Below, in pieces: positions 36,367 to 45,119 of a stretch of 64,000 nucleotides of DNA. Under the pieces are notes generated by a model that saw only the letters and a program-made list of their open reading frames with translations, was not told the DNA's origin and did no database searches. Source of the DNA: Candidatus Nomurabacteria bacterium (GTDB lineage: Bacteria > Patescibacteriota > Patescibacteriia > UBA1558 > GWA2-36-10); NCBI GenBank assembly GCA_020632415.1, contig JACKFO010000002.1, positions 322,732 through 386,731 of the forward strand, read 5' to 3'. The stretch's first letter is position 1; every line of letters starts with the position of its first letter. Position numbers and translations under genes: made by a program.

Positions 36367-37236
36367 TTAAGCTTTGTTGCTGCTGCCAAAAATTTTGATC
36401 ATTTTTTCTACCTCTTTTTGCATCGCATCAATACTTGGTTGCATAATCTTCCGTGGGTCAATTTTGTCCATCTTAGCATTTACTGTCTTTTGCAAAGAAT
36501 TTTTGAAAGCAATGCGTAAATTAGTATCAATATTTATCACGGAAATGCCATTTTTAATGGCTGTTTTAAAGGTTTGTGAAGACAAACCGCTACCACCATG
36601 CAAAACCAGAGGTACCTTAACCGAAGCGGCTATTTTTTGCAAGCGTGCCTGGTCTACTTTTTCCACACCTTTGAAATGTCCATGAATCGTACCGACAGAA
36701 ACAGCCAAAGTATCTACGCCTGTTTTCTGGATAAATTCCGCAGCTTTTCCTGGATCAGTCATCAAATCTTCCATTTTGATTTCGCCCATTTCTAGTTTTA
36801 ACAAACCCTCTGCTCCTAAAATAGTTCCTAATTCTGCTTGCGCCCAAATTTTTTTAGCATGAGCGACTCGAGCGATTTTTTGAGACAAACTAATATTCTT
36901 TTGCCACTTCTCTAAGCTAGCGTCAATGTGAACGGAATTATAACCAATCTTAATGCACTCTTGAATTAATTTTAAGTCTTTACCGTGATCCAAATGAATT
37001 GCAATCGGTACTTTCTTGCCAACAGTATTAGCTAAAGTAGTCATGATCGCAAATAATGTTTCTAAATTGGAGTAGCGAATCGCTGACTCAGAAGTCTGAA
37101 TAATCACCGGGGATTTCTGAGCTACTGCTGCACGGACAATTGCTAAAGTTATTTCTAAATTGGAAGTATTAAAAGCGCCAACAGCATATTTTTGCTTTTT
37201 GGCTTTATTAATAATTTGAGAAATTGGAACAATCAT
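36367..37236 (-). CDS. fba: class II fructose-bisphosphate aldolase
   Basis: KYAVGAFNTSNLE, HLDHG, LVLHGGSG motifs; 289 aa. Confidence 0.9.
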   Translation of the reverse strand: MIVPISQIINKAKKQKYAVGAFNTSNLEITLAIVRAAVAQKSPVIIQTSESAIRYSNLETLFAIMTTLANTVGKKVPIAIHLDHGKDLKLIQECIKIGYNSVHIDASLEKWQKNISLSQKIARVAHAKKIWAQAELGTILGAEGLLKLEMGEIKMEDLMTDPGKAAEFIQKTGVDTLAVSVGTIHGHFKGVEKVDQARLQKIAASVKVPLVLHGGSGLSSQTFKTAIKNGISVINIDTNLRIAFKNSLQKTVNAKMDKIDPRKIMQPSIDAMQKEVEKMIKIFGSSNKA

Positions 37237-38003
37237 AAGACTGATTTTTTAATTAATTCAATAAAAGTACCTGCTTCTAAACTTGCGCCACCAACCAAAG
37301 CGCCATCGATTTCTTTTGTTTTGACAAAAGACTCAATGTTCTCTGGGGTAACTGAGCCACCATACAAAATTTTGACCAAAGGCAAATCCGCGCCTTCCAA
37401 AACATCGATTAAGCTTTGTTTGATGATCAAAGCTGTATGTCGTGCTTCTTCTGGCTGTGTTGCTTGTCCAGAACCGATCGCCCAAACTGGCTCATAAGCA
37501 ATAATCAAATTCTGTTCGGGTTTGATATCCACACCTTTTAGGGCAGTTTGTACTTGCTGCATAATCACTAAATCTTTGCGCCCTTCTTTTCTTTCGTCAA
37601 AAGTCTCGCCAACGCAAAGCACGGGCGTTAAATCATTTTTTAAAGCAGTAATAATCTTTTTGTTAACCTCAACATAATCTTCATGAGCAAACTGGCGTCT
37701 TTCTGAGTGCGCCAAAATTAAATAATGACAAGAAAAATATTTCAAATTTACTGGAGAAATTTGACTAGTAAAAGAGCCAAAATCTTCTGACCAAGCATCT
37801 TGTGCTCCTAGTTTGACGCCAGTGTTTTTTAAAATTTGAGAAACTAAGGGTAAACTCAAAAAATCTGGCGCAATACCAATGTCTACACTTTTAGCTAATT
37901 TCCCGGTAACAAGTTTTTTTAATTGTTTGGCTTGCTTAACAGATTCTTCAACTGTTAATTTCATTTTCCAATTACCAATTACAATTTTTTTCTCCATATT
38001 CAT
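37233..38003 (-). CDS. tpiA: triosephosphate isomerase
   Basis: VIGNWKMK, LAHSERR, AYEPVWAIGSG, GGASL motifs. Confidence 0.92.
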   Translation of the reverse strand: MNMEKKIVIGNWKMKLTVEESVKQAKQLKKLVTGKLAKSVDIGIAPDFLSLPLVSQILKNTGVKLGAQDAWSEDFGSFTSQISPVNLKYFSCHYLILAHSERRQFAHEDYVEVNKKIITALKNDLTPVLCVGETFDERKEGRKDLVIMQQVQTALKGVDIKPEQNLIIAYEPVWAIGSGQATQPEEARHTALIIKQSLIDVLEGADLPLVKILYGGSVTPENIESFVKTKEIDGALVGGASLEAGTFIELIKKSVL

Positions 38004-38491
38004 TATAAATTAAAAAAAGAAAATAGACCGAGAGAAATCAAAGTCACTAAAATACCAGCTAAAATCACCCCAGCAGTAATATAAAAAATTGATTCTTTTT
38101 TGGAAATATCAAACAACCAAGCGGCTATCGATCCGGTCCAAGCGCCAGTTCCTGGCAAAGGAATGGCTACAAAAAACATTAAAGCTATTTTACCCCAAGT
38201 AGCGTAGCCAGAATCAAATCTTCTTCTGGTCTTGGCAAAAAGCCAAGAAAAAAATCGATCAGCTGACTTAAAGTTTTTTCTTAAAACTTGGGAAATAGGT
38301 CCAATAAAATAAATAATCAAAATAGCTGGAATAATATCCCCCAAAATTGACCATAAAAAAGCTGACCAAATTGGTAAATTCAAAACTTGTAAAGCAAAAG
38401 GAATAGAAAACCTCAATTCCGTCACTGGCAACATTGCCAAAATCAAAGTCAATAATTCTGGGCTTAAAGGCAAATTATATAAAAAATCCAT
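38003..38491 (-). CDS. small multidrug-export-like (COG2426) membrane protein
   Basis: LPVTELRFSIPFAL N-terminal motif and four TM helices. Family call is from memory. Confidence 0.5.
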   Translation of the reverse strand: MDFLYNLPLSPELLTLILAMLPVTELRFSIPFALQVLNLPIWSAFLWSILGDIIPAILIIYFIGPISQVLRKNFKSADRFFSWLFAKTRRRFDSGYATWGKIALMFFVAIPLPGTGAWTGSIAAWLFDISKKESIFYITAGVILAGILVTLISLGLFSFFNL

Positions 38492-38523
38492 ATCGTTCTA
38501 ATTATAAGCTAAAACCGGCTTAT

Positions 38524-39426
38524 TTACCAGTTAAAATTATTTAAAGTCCAAGCTAATAAAATTTTTAAATCTTGAAAACGATCTTCATGTGTTTTGGATC
38601 CCAAAACTACACCAATGATTTTATGACCATCTTTTGAACGGGCTTCTGAAACCAAGCAATAACCAGCGGAATTAATGAATCCTGTTTTACCAGCAATAAT
38701 ATCCAAATAACTATCTAACAATTTATTTGTCGAAAATATTTTATGCGCTCTGCCGCTAAAATCATTAAAATTATAAATTCTTTTTTCTGTTGCTGCTTGA
38801 ATATCTTTATTTTCTAAAGCAATTTTTGCTAATTGTAAAATTTCTAAAGCAGTAGAATGATTTTGATCAGTCAAACCAGTCAGGTCTTCAAAATGTGTAT
38901 TTTTTAATCCCAAAGATTCTGCTTTTTGATTCATCAGTTTAATAAAATCATTTTTGGCAATTCCCGTGCTCCGCACCAAAGCATTAATCGCGTTATTATC
39001 TGAGGCAATCAAGCCAGCATAAAACAAATCTTTAACTGTCACTGTTTCGCCACGCAAAATATTTGGCGCTGCTCCACCGACCTCATCAGAAATCTGCATA
39101 GTCACTGATTTGTTCCAACCAGGATTGTGCTCTAGAAAAACCAAAGTTGTCATTAGTTTGGTAATGCTAGCCAGCGATCTAACTTCTTCAGCATTTTTTT
39201 GCCACAAAATTGCTCCACTTGCCAGATCCAAGATTGCTGCTGATTCAGCGGTAATTTTTACTCCCCAGGAATCAAAATTATTTTTCTGCGGCGCCTTACT
39301 AGAGCTACTCAGTTCTTGCTTTGTAAGATTGACATTTTGTTCTTGCAAACTTAAAACCGGCGCAAAATTCAAAGGCGCCGCAATTAAATTTAAACTCAAA
39401 AAAATTGTCGCCAAAACTTCCCACAT
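38524..39426 (-). CDS. D-alanyl-D-alanine carboxypeptidase (S11, PBP5-like)
   Basis: SxxK (SITK), SxN (SDN) and KTG (GKTGF) motifs in the correct order; signal/anchor at the N-terminus. Confidence 0.8.
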   Translation of the reverse strand: MWEVLATIFLSLNLIAAPLNFAPVLSLQEQNVNLTKQELSSSSKAPQKNNFDSWGVKITAESAAILDLASGAILWQKNAEEVRSLASITKLMTTLVFLEHNPGWNKSVTMQISDEVGGAAPNILRGETVTVKDLFYAGLIASDNNAINALVRSTGIAKNDFIKLMNQKAESLGLKNTHFEDLTGLTDQNHSTALEILQLAKIALENKDIQAATEKRIYNFNDFSGRAHKIFSTNKLLDSYLDIIAGKTGFINSAGYCLVSEARSKDGHKIIGVVLGSKTHEDRFQDLKILLAWTLNNFNW

Positions 39427-40103
39427 TAAGCAATCTCCTCTTTCTTAATTTTCTTAAATTTACCAACTGGTAAATTTTTAATGTTTAATTTTCCTTCACT
39501 TAAGCGAATCAAAGTTAACACTTGTAAACCACAAACTTTGAGCATTCTTCTGATTTGTCTTTTCCAGCCTTGATGTAAAACAATTTCTAATTCAAATTTA
39601 TTTTTTATTTTTACTTGATCAGCTTTGGCTATTCCTTCTTCTAGTTTAATACCTTTTTTCAATTTCTTAACTATCTCTTCATCCAAAATCTTATCAACAC
39701 GCACTAAATATGTTTTAGAAACTTTAAATTTAGGATGAGTAAGCTGATAAGTTAAATCTCCGTCATTAGTTAACAATAATAAACCCTGGCTATCCTTATC
39801 CAAACGCCCAACTGGGTAAACTGCCGGCTGTTTTGGTACTAGTTGCAAAACATTTTTTGAATTGTGCGGATCACTAACTGAACAAATATAAGCTACCGGC
39901 TTATTTAACAAATAATAAACTTTCTCAACATCGCCAACTATTTTATTATCAAATTTCACTTCGTCTTCCTCACTTACTTTAGTAGCAAGTTCGGTAATTA
40001 TTTTATTATTTACTTTTATTTTGCCTGACAAAATTAGCTCCTCCGCCTTACGGCGAGAAGCAATTCCGTGATTTGCTAAAAATTTTGCTAAGCGTTCAGC
40101 CAT
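39426..40103 (-). CDS. pseudouridine synthase, RsuA/RluB family
   Basis: N-terminal S4 domain (LAKFLANHGIASRRKAEELI) and catalytic GRLDKDSQGLLLLTNDG. Confidence 0.85.
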   Translation of the reverse strand: MAERLAKFLANHGIASRRKAEELILSGKIKVNNKIITELATKVSEEDEVKFDNKIVGDVEKVYYLLNKPVAYICSVSDPHNSKNVLQLVPKQPAVYPVGRLDKDSQGLLLLTNDGDLTYQLTHPKFKVSKTYLVRVDKILDEEIVKKLKKGIKLEEGIAKADQVKIKNKFELEIVLHQGWKRQIRRMLKVCGLQVLTLIRLSEGKLNIKNLPVGKFKKIKKEEIA

Positions 40104-40750
40104 TATTCTTGCTCTTTATTTTCTACGAGATTTTCTACTTCTGCGCTTTGCTCAAGTTCTTGGTTTTTTGCCGCTGCCGCGGGGGCTGCTTCATCGGAGT
40201 TTTGACTTGCTTCTAATAATTTTTCTAAATTCTCATTGCTATTCAAACTAGCAAATTCTGGCAAAGCCTCTACAGAATCAATGCCTAAATGCCGTAAAAA
40301 ATCTAAAGTTACTGAATATTTTGCTGCTAAATCATTTTTCTCTTCTCGTGATTCAATCAATCCCCGAATCATCAGATTGCGTAAAATCACGCTACAATTT
40401 ACTCCTCTGATTTGCTCTAGCTCTTCTTTGGAAATGGGCTGGCGATAAGCAATAATCGTCAAAGTCTCTAAAGAAGGTTTGCTTAACTCTCCGCTACTTT
40501 CATCTTCAAAAAACTCTCGTAAAAAATCTGCATACTCTGGATTTGTCACAAACTGTATTTTTTCATTGTTGATTGCCAAATGAATGCCACTTTCTGCTTT
40601 GTTATATTTTTCTTGTAATTCAAAAATCACCTGATCAAGCTCTTCTTTGCTACTTTCAAACAAAGTAAGTAATTCTTTTTTAGCAATTGGTTTACCGAGT
40701 GCTAATAACAAACTTTCTAAAGCAGCAATTTTTATTTTTTGTTCTGACAT
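40103..40750 (-). CDS. scpB: segregation and condensation protein B
   Basis: ALESLLLALGKPI, SLETLTIIAYRQPISKEELEQIRGV motifs. Follows scpA. Confidence 0.85.
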   Translation of the reverse strand: MSEQKIKIAALESLLLALGKPIAKKELLTLFESSKEELDQVIFELQEKYNKAESGIHLAINNEKIQFVTNPEYADFLREFFEDESSGELSKPSLETLTIIAYRQPISKEELEQIRGVNCSVILRNLMIRGLIESREEKNDLAAKYSVTLDFLRHLGIDSVEALPEFASLNSNENLEKLLEASQNSDEAAPAAAAKNQELEQSAEVENLVENKEQE

Positions 40751-40761
40751 ATTTTAAAGTC

Positions 40762-41502
40762 TTAAAATTCTATTTCTTGATTTTTGTCTCGCCTCGATTC
40801 GGCGAAGCCGGTCAAAATATTCACTTCGCCAAAAAGAGCATCTTGATTAACAACAATTTCTCGTTGTTTAACTAATTCTAACATCGCTAAAAAACTGACA
40901 ATGATCTCTGTTTTGTCTTTTTTGTCTTTTAACAAATTACCAAAGGTTAATCTTGAACTATTTTTAATTAATTCTTTGATGTGTGAAATTTTTTCACCAA
41001 TTGAAATTGCTTTGGCAATCACTACTTTTGGTAAATCAACAATTCGTTTAATTTTATTTAAGGCAATTTCAAAAAAATCTTTCAAAATTTCTAAAGAAAC
41101 ATTGCTTGGCGGATTAAATCCCTCAGCTTTTTCTAACTTATAAGGATTTTGGCGAGTATAAGTTTGGCGATTCAAAGACCAAAGGGCATCTATCTTTTTA
41201 CTAGCCTCATAATACTGTCGATAAATCTTCAATTGTTTTTCCAAATTCTGAGCATCTTCGTCAGCTTCCAACTCTAGATTTGGTAATAAATATTTTGATT
41301 TCAGATAAATTAATTTGGAGGCAATTAGCAAAAAATCTGCCACTTCTTCACTGGCAATGTCTTCACTGTTATCTATATAATCCAAGTACTGATCAGTAAC
41401 AAGGCTCAAAGAAATTTCAGTGATTTGTAATTTTTGTTTTTCGATTAGTTGCAAAAGAAGATCAAGTGGACCTTCAAATTGCTCCAAAGAAATTTTGTGC
41501 AT
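40762..41502 (-). CDS. scpA: segregation and condensation protein A
   Basis: LEQFEGPLDLLLQLIEKQKLQITEISL N-terminal kleisin motif. Confidence 0.85.
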   Translation of the reverse strand: MHKISLEQFEGPLDLLLQLIEKQKLQITEISLSLVTDQYLDYIDNSEDIASEEVADFLLIASKLIYLKSKYLLPNLELEADEDAQNLEKQLKIYRQYYEASKKIDALWSLNRQTYTRQNPYKLEKAEGFNPPSNVSLEILKDFFEIALNKIKRIVDLPKVVIAKAISIGEKISHIKELIKNSSRLTFGNLLKDKKDKTEIIVSFLAMLELVKQREIVVNQDALFGEVNILTGFAESRRDKNQEIEF

Positions 41503-41510
41503 TATTTATT

Positions 41511-42905
41511 TTATTTTTTCAAACTCAAATGCAATTCATCTAGCTGCGCTTTTGAAACATCGCTTGGTGAATCCATCAAAGGATCACGATTATCTGAAGT
41601 CTTTGGGAAAGCCATGACTTCGCGGATGCTGTCTTCGCCAGCTAAAATCATCAACAAACGATCCAGGCCAATAGCAATGCCGCCGTGTGGTGGCACACCA
41701 TATTTAAAAGCTTCTAATAAATGACCAAATTGAGATTGTACTTCTTCTTCACTATGGCCCAAAGCCTTGAAAACTTTGGCTAAAATCTCAGCACTGTGCG
41801 TTCTAATACTACCGCCAGCAATCTCAGAGCCATTTAAAACTAAATCGTATTGTTTGGCTTTGATCTCACCTAAATCTCCGGCTTCTACTTTAGCCAAATC
41901 AGCCTGATCAAAAGCGGTAAATGGATGATGAACAGCGCCCCATCTTTCGTCACCTTCTTTGTATTCAAACATTGGAAAATCAACTACCCAAGCAAAAGCC
42001 AGTTCATCTTTGTCTTCTTTATTTTTACGCAAATCTGGTTTATCACTTTGATATTTTTCCATCGCCTCTTTATAAGTCAAACGAGGAAATGGAACGCTCA
42101 TGATCTTTTTATCTGGAGCAACAACTTCCACCATTTTGATCATGATGGCTTCTAACATATTGATAATCTCCTCCTGATCAACAAAACTTCGCTCTACATC
42201 AATCTGCGTAAATTCAGCCTGTCTGTCACCACGTTGATCTTCATCTCTAAAACAGCGAACAACTTGAAAATATTTTTCTAAGCCGGCGACCATCAACATT
42301 TGTTTGTATTGCTGTGGACTTTGTGGTAAAGCATAAAATTTACCAGGATAATTTCTCGATGGCACCAAAAAGTCTCTTGCGCCTTCCGGAGTACTCTTGG
42401 AAAGATATGGAGTCTCAATTTCTTTGAAATCCAAAGCGTAAAATTGCTCACGAAAATTTTTAATCACTTGATGACGCAAGTTCATATTTTTGGCCATTCG
42501 TTCGTGACGCAAATCTAAATAGCGATATTTTAATCTAAGTTCTTCATTGGCTTGTCTTTCTTCGTTGACAATTTCAAATGGTGGTGTTTCAGACTCAGAA
42601 AGGATTTCTAATTCTTTGGCTAAAATTTCAATTTTACCAGTAAGTTGATCTTCGCGTTGTTGTTTTACTCCGCGCTCTTGGATCACGCCTTTGATGGAAA
42701 CGACAAATTCACTGCGTACATCGTCCAAAATATCCGCGCCTTGCGTCATTTCATCTGGCACACAAACGACTTGGATAATACCAGTAGAATCTCTTAAGTC
42801 GATAAAGCCTAATTTACCCATCCGACGATAAACATGCACCCAGCCTTTGAGAATAACTTCAGCGCCGGCTTTGAGGTCAACTGTTTCTTTAATGTAATTT
42901 TTCAT
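41511..42905 (-). CDS. aspS: aspartate--tRNA ligase, bacterial-type core but lacking the GAD insertion domain (464 aa)
   Basis: QSPQQYKQMLMVAGLEKYFQVVRCFRDEDQRGDRQAEFTQIDVE, SDKPDLR followed almost directly by WVVDFPMFE, and GGIAIGLDRL. Confidence 0.9.
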   Translation of the reverse strand: MKNYIKETVDLKAGAEVILKGWVHVYRRMGKLGFIDLRDSTGIIQVVCVPDEMTQGADILDDVRSEFVVSIKGVIQERGVKQQREDQLTGKIEILAKELEILSESETPPFEIVNEERQANEELRLKYRYLDLRHERMAKNMNLRHQVIKNFREQFYALDFKEIETPYLSKSTPEGARDFLVPSRNYPGKFYALPQSPQQYKQMLMVAGLEKYFQVVRCFRDEDQRGDRQAEFTQIDVERSFVDQEEIINMLEAIMIKMVEVVAPDKKIMSVPFPRLTYKEAMEKYQSDKPDLRKNKEDKDELAFAWVVDFPMFEYKEGDERWGAVHHPFTAFDQADLAKVEAGDLGEIKAKQYDLVLNGSEIAGGSIRTHSAEILAKVFKALGHSEEEVQSQFGHLLEAFKYGVPPHGGIAIGLDRLLMILAGEDSIREVMAFPKTSDNRDPLMDSPSDVSKAQLDELHLSLKK

Positions 42906-42922
42906 AATATTTTATTTATAAA

Positions 42923-42998
42923 TGGAGCCGAGAACAGGAGTCGAACCTGCGACCCACGGTTTACGATACCGTTGCTCTACCAACTGAGCTATCTCGGC
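42923..42998 (-). tRNA. tRNA-Thr (CGU), CCA encoded
   Basis: Reverse complement GCCGAGATAGCTCAGTTGGTAGAGCAACGGTATCGTAAACCGT...GGTTCGACTCC...TCTCGGCTCCA. Confidence 0.85.
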
Positions 42999-43022
42999 AA
43001 AAACTCGCTTAAAGCGAGTAAA

Positions 43023-43235
43023 TTATTCACCTAAATATTTTTCAATCTGACTTTTAAGCAGCCCTAAACCTTCTTTCCCTTCAGGAGAAAGCTCTACACC
43101 CTTTGCTCTTAATTCATTTAGATTAGCCATCATTCTAGTAGCATCACCAATCCTTTGATTTGCTATTTCATTAGCCAAATCCTGTTCTTCACTTCTTTCT
43201 GGATTAAGATGGTCACCTTGTCTTTCAAAGCCCAT
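43023..43235 (-). CDS. hypothetical small protein, 70 aa
   Basis: Intact frame between asnS and tRNA-Thr, charged and helical. No family recognised. Confidence 0.4.
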   Translation of the reverse strand: MGFERQGDHLNPERSEEQDLANEIANQRIGDATRMMANLNELRAKGVELSPEGKEGLGLLKSQIEKYLGE

Positions 43236-43261
43236 AAATTTATTTGTTAATATTTTATTAA

Positions 43262-44551
43262 TTAAGGATTTAAACGACTAATTGTTCTTGGAAAAGGAAT
43301 CGTCTCTCTAATATGAGGAATACCGCAAACCCAAGCGACAATGCGCTCCAAGCCAAAACCAAAACCACCATGAGGCACCGAGCCATATTTACGCAAATCC
43401 AAATACCAAGAAAATGCATCTTCTGGCAAGCGATGCTCTTTGATTCTCTTTAATAGTTCTTGGTAATCATCTTCTCTTTGAGAACCACCAATAATCTCTC
43501 CATAACCCTCAGGAGCTAACAAGTCCGCACATAAAGCCTTTGATTCATCTTCAGCGTCTCGCTTCATATAAAAAGCTTTGATCTTGCTTGGATAATGGGT
43601 GACAAACAAAGGATTGTCATACTGTTTGGTCAAAATTGTTTCGTCATCAGCGCCTAAATCTTCACCATCTTTGATATCAGAACCAAGCTCTTGCAATTTT
43701 TTCACAGCTTCAACATGAGTAATTTTATAAAATGGCTTAGTAATGTTTTCTAAGGCTTTAATATCTCTTTCTAAAATTTCTAACTCTGCTTTATTTTTTT
43801 CTAAAACTGCCGAAACCATAAAACGAATTAAATCTTCTTGGACTTTCAAATTTTCTGCCAAGTCAACAAAAGCCATTTCTGCATCCATCATCCAGAACTC
43901 CGTCAAATGACGACGAGTTTTAGATTTTTCTGCTCTGAAAACTGGACCAAAATCAAAGACGCGTCCATGAGCAGCAATTGCTGCTTCTAAATAAAGCTGT
44001 CCGCTTTGTGATAAGTAAGCCTTGGTATCAAAATAATCCAATTCAAAAAGCTCAGTTGTGCCTTCACAAGCATTTGGTGTCAAAATAGGAGAATCAATTT
44101 TGATAAAATTATGTTCTCTGAAAAAATCATAAGTAGCGGAAATTAAAGTGTTGCGTACACGCATGATTGCCCACTGATGACTGGAACGCAACCATAGATG
44201 ACGATTGTCCATTAAAAAATCTACACCATGTTCTTTTTTGGCAATCGGATATTCCTCGGCAATTTGATAAAACTCAAAGTCTGAAACTTGAATTTCATAC
44301 TCTTCTTTCTTTGGATGTTTAGAAACTTTGCCGATTATTTTAACCGAACTTTCTAAACTGACTTTTTGTAGCTCTTGCCACTTTGTTTCGTCTAATTCTG
44401 TTGAACTCAAAATAGCTTGCGCAAAGCCACTTCCGTCTCGCAACTGCCAAAAGGCAATTTTTCCAGATGAACGAAAATTAGCCACCCAAGCCTTGATTTC
44501 TACTTCTTGATCGACGAATTTCGCTAAATCTTTGATTAAAACTGTTTCCAT
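43262..44551 (-). CDS. asnS: asparagine--tRNA ligase
   Basis: FGPVFRAEKSKTRRHLTEFWMMDAEMAF (class II motif 2, AsnRS-type), GGSQRE, HGGFGFGLERIVAW; 429 aa. Confidence 0.92.
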   Translation of the reverse strand: METVLIKDLAKFVDQEVEIKAWVANFRSSGKIAFWQLRDGSGFAQAILSSTELDETKWQELQKVSLESSVKIIGKVSKHPKKEEYEIQVSDFEFYQIAEEYPIAKKEHGVDFLMDNRHLWLRSSHQWAIMRVRNTLISATYDFFREHNFIKIDSPILTPNACEGTTELFELDYFDTKAYLSQSGQLYLEAAIAAHGRVFDFGPVFRAEKSKTRRHLTEFWMMDAEMAFVDLAENLKVQEDLIRFMVSAVLEKNKAELEILERDIKALENITKPFYKITHVEAVKKLQELGSDIKDGEDLGADDETILTKQYDNPLFVTHYPSKIKAFYMKRDAEDESKALCADLLAPEGYGEIIGGSQREDDYQELLKRIKEHRLPEDAFSWYLDLRKYGSVPHGGFGFGLERIVAWVCGIPHIRETIPFPRTISRLNP

Positions 44552-44611
44552 AATTTTTATAACAATTGTTTAAATAATACCTAAATTTAAAGAAAAAAAC
44601 AAGGGAAAATA

Positions 44612-44686
44612 TGGCTGCCAGGACAGGATTCGAACCTGTAACATCTGCATTAACAGTGCAGCGTTCTACCATTGAACTACCTGGCA
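44612..44686 (-). tRNA. tRNA-Asn (GUU), CCA encoded
   Basis: Reverse complement TGCCAGGTAGTTCAATGGTAGAACGCTGCACTGTTAATGCAG...GGTTCGAATCC..CCTGGCAGCCA. Confidence 0.85.
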
Positions 44687-44695
44687 AAAAATATC

Positions 44696-44846
44696 AAAAA
44701 ACCGGTCCTTTTGGGACCGGTTTGGAAATTTGAATTAAACACCAAAAATTACCGGTCCAAGAATCGGTTATTATCATTATTATTTGAGTTGTTGTATTTT
44801 TGGTAACCCATATTTATACTTAACTATAAAACTACAATTTTGTCAA
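44696..44846 (-). promoter_or_regulatory. candidate leader-peptide transcription attenuator upstream of tRNA-Asn and asnS
   Basis: On the minus strand: TTGACA (44841-44846); a 20-codon ORF with 7 Asn codons; GGACCGGT (44751-44758) overlapping its stop; ACCGGTCC (44714-44721); GGACCGGT (44701-44708) plus a T-run. The middle element can pair with either neighbour. Confidence 0.5.
44749..44811 (-). CDS. candidate Asn-rich leader peptide MGYQKYNNSNNNDNNRFLDR
   Basis: ATG at 44809-44811, stop at 44749-44751. Codons 7, 8, 10, 11, 12, 14 and 15 are Asn. No SD; possibly leaderless. Confidence 0.4.
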   Translation of the reverse strand: MGYQKYNNSNNNDNNRFLDR

Positions 44847-44852
44847 ATATCC

Positions 44853-44957
44853 CTACCCTTTCTTTAAAAACATGTCCTTAAAACTAAACTCAACTTCATT
44901 TCTTTTAACGTTTGCAAACTCACTTGCTAAATTGACAATAGGTATAATTTTCTTCAT
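44853..44957 (-). CDS. possible leaderless small ORF, 34 aa
   Basis: Minus strand TTGCCA (44988-44993), 17 nt, TAAAAT (44965-44970), 7 nt, then ATG (44955-44957). MKKIIPIVNLASEFANVKRNEVEFSFKDMFLKKG. Confidence 0.3.
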   Translation of the reverse strand: MKKIIPIVNLASEFANVKRNEVEFSFKDMFLKKG

Positions 44958-45001
44958 ATTTTACATTTTACTAGATAAACGACTAATTGGCAAAAGTAAA
45001 T

Positions 45002-45028
45002 AAAAAAAGGTCGACCCGAGGATCGACC
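45002..45028 (-). terminator. terminator of cassette D
   Basis: Minus strand GGTCGA-TCCTCGGG-TCGACC followed by TTTTTTT. Confidence 0.65.
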
Positions 45029-45047
45029 GTGGAAACAATTCAGAAGT

Positions 45048-45119
45048 CAAGATTACACCCCGCCGCGAATAAACCCATAAATCCTATATGGATAACCGTT
45101 AGCAAGATTACACCCCGCC
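45048..45119. repeat. 17-nt perfect direct repeat CAAGATTACACCCCGCC (45048-45064 and 45103-45119)
   Basis: Read directly. One copy contains the stop codon of the cassette D ORF. The other lies 55 nt inside the ORF in a different frame. Confidence 0.9.

Noticed and set aside
44690-44850. T-box riboswitch upstream of asnS and tRNA-Asn
   Set aside because: The leader is only about 120 nt. I could not find the conserved T-box sequence, the AG bulge or a specifier-loop architecture. The Asn-codon micro-ORF with three mutually complementary 8-mers fits leader-peptide attenuation better.
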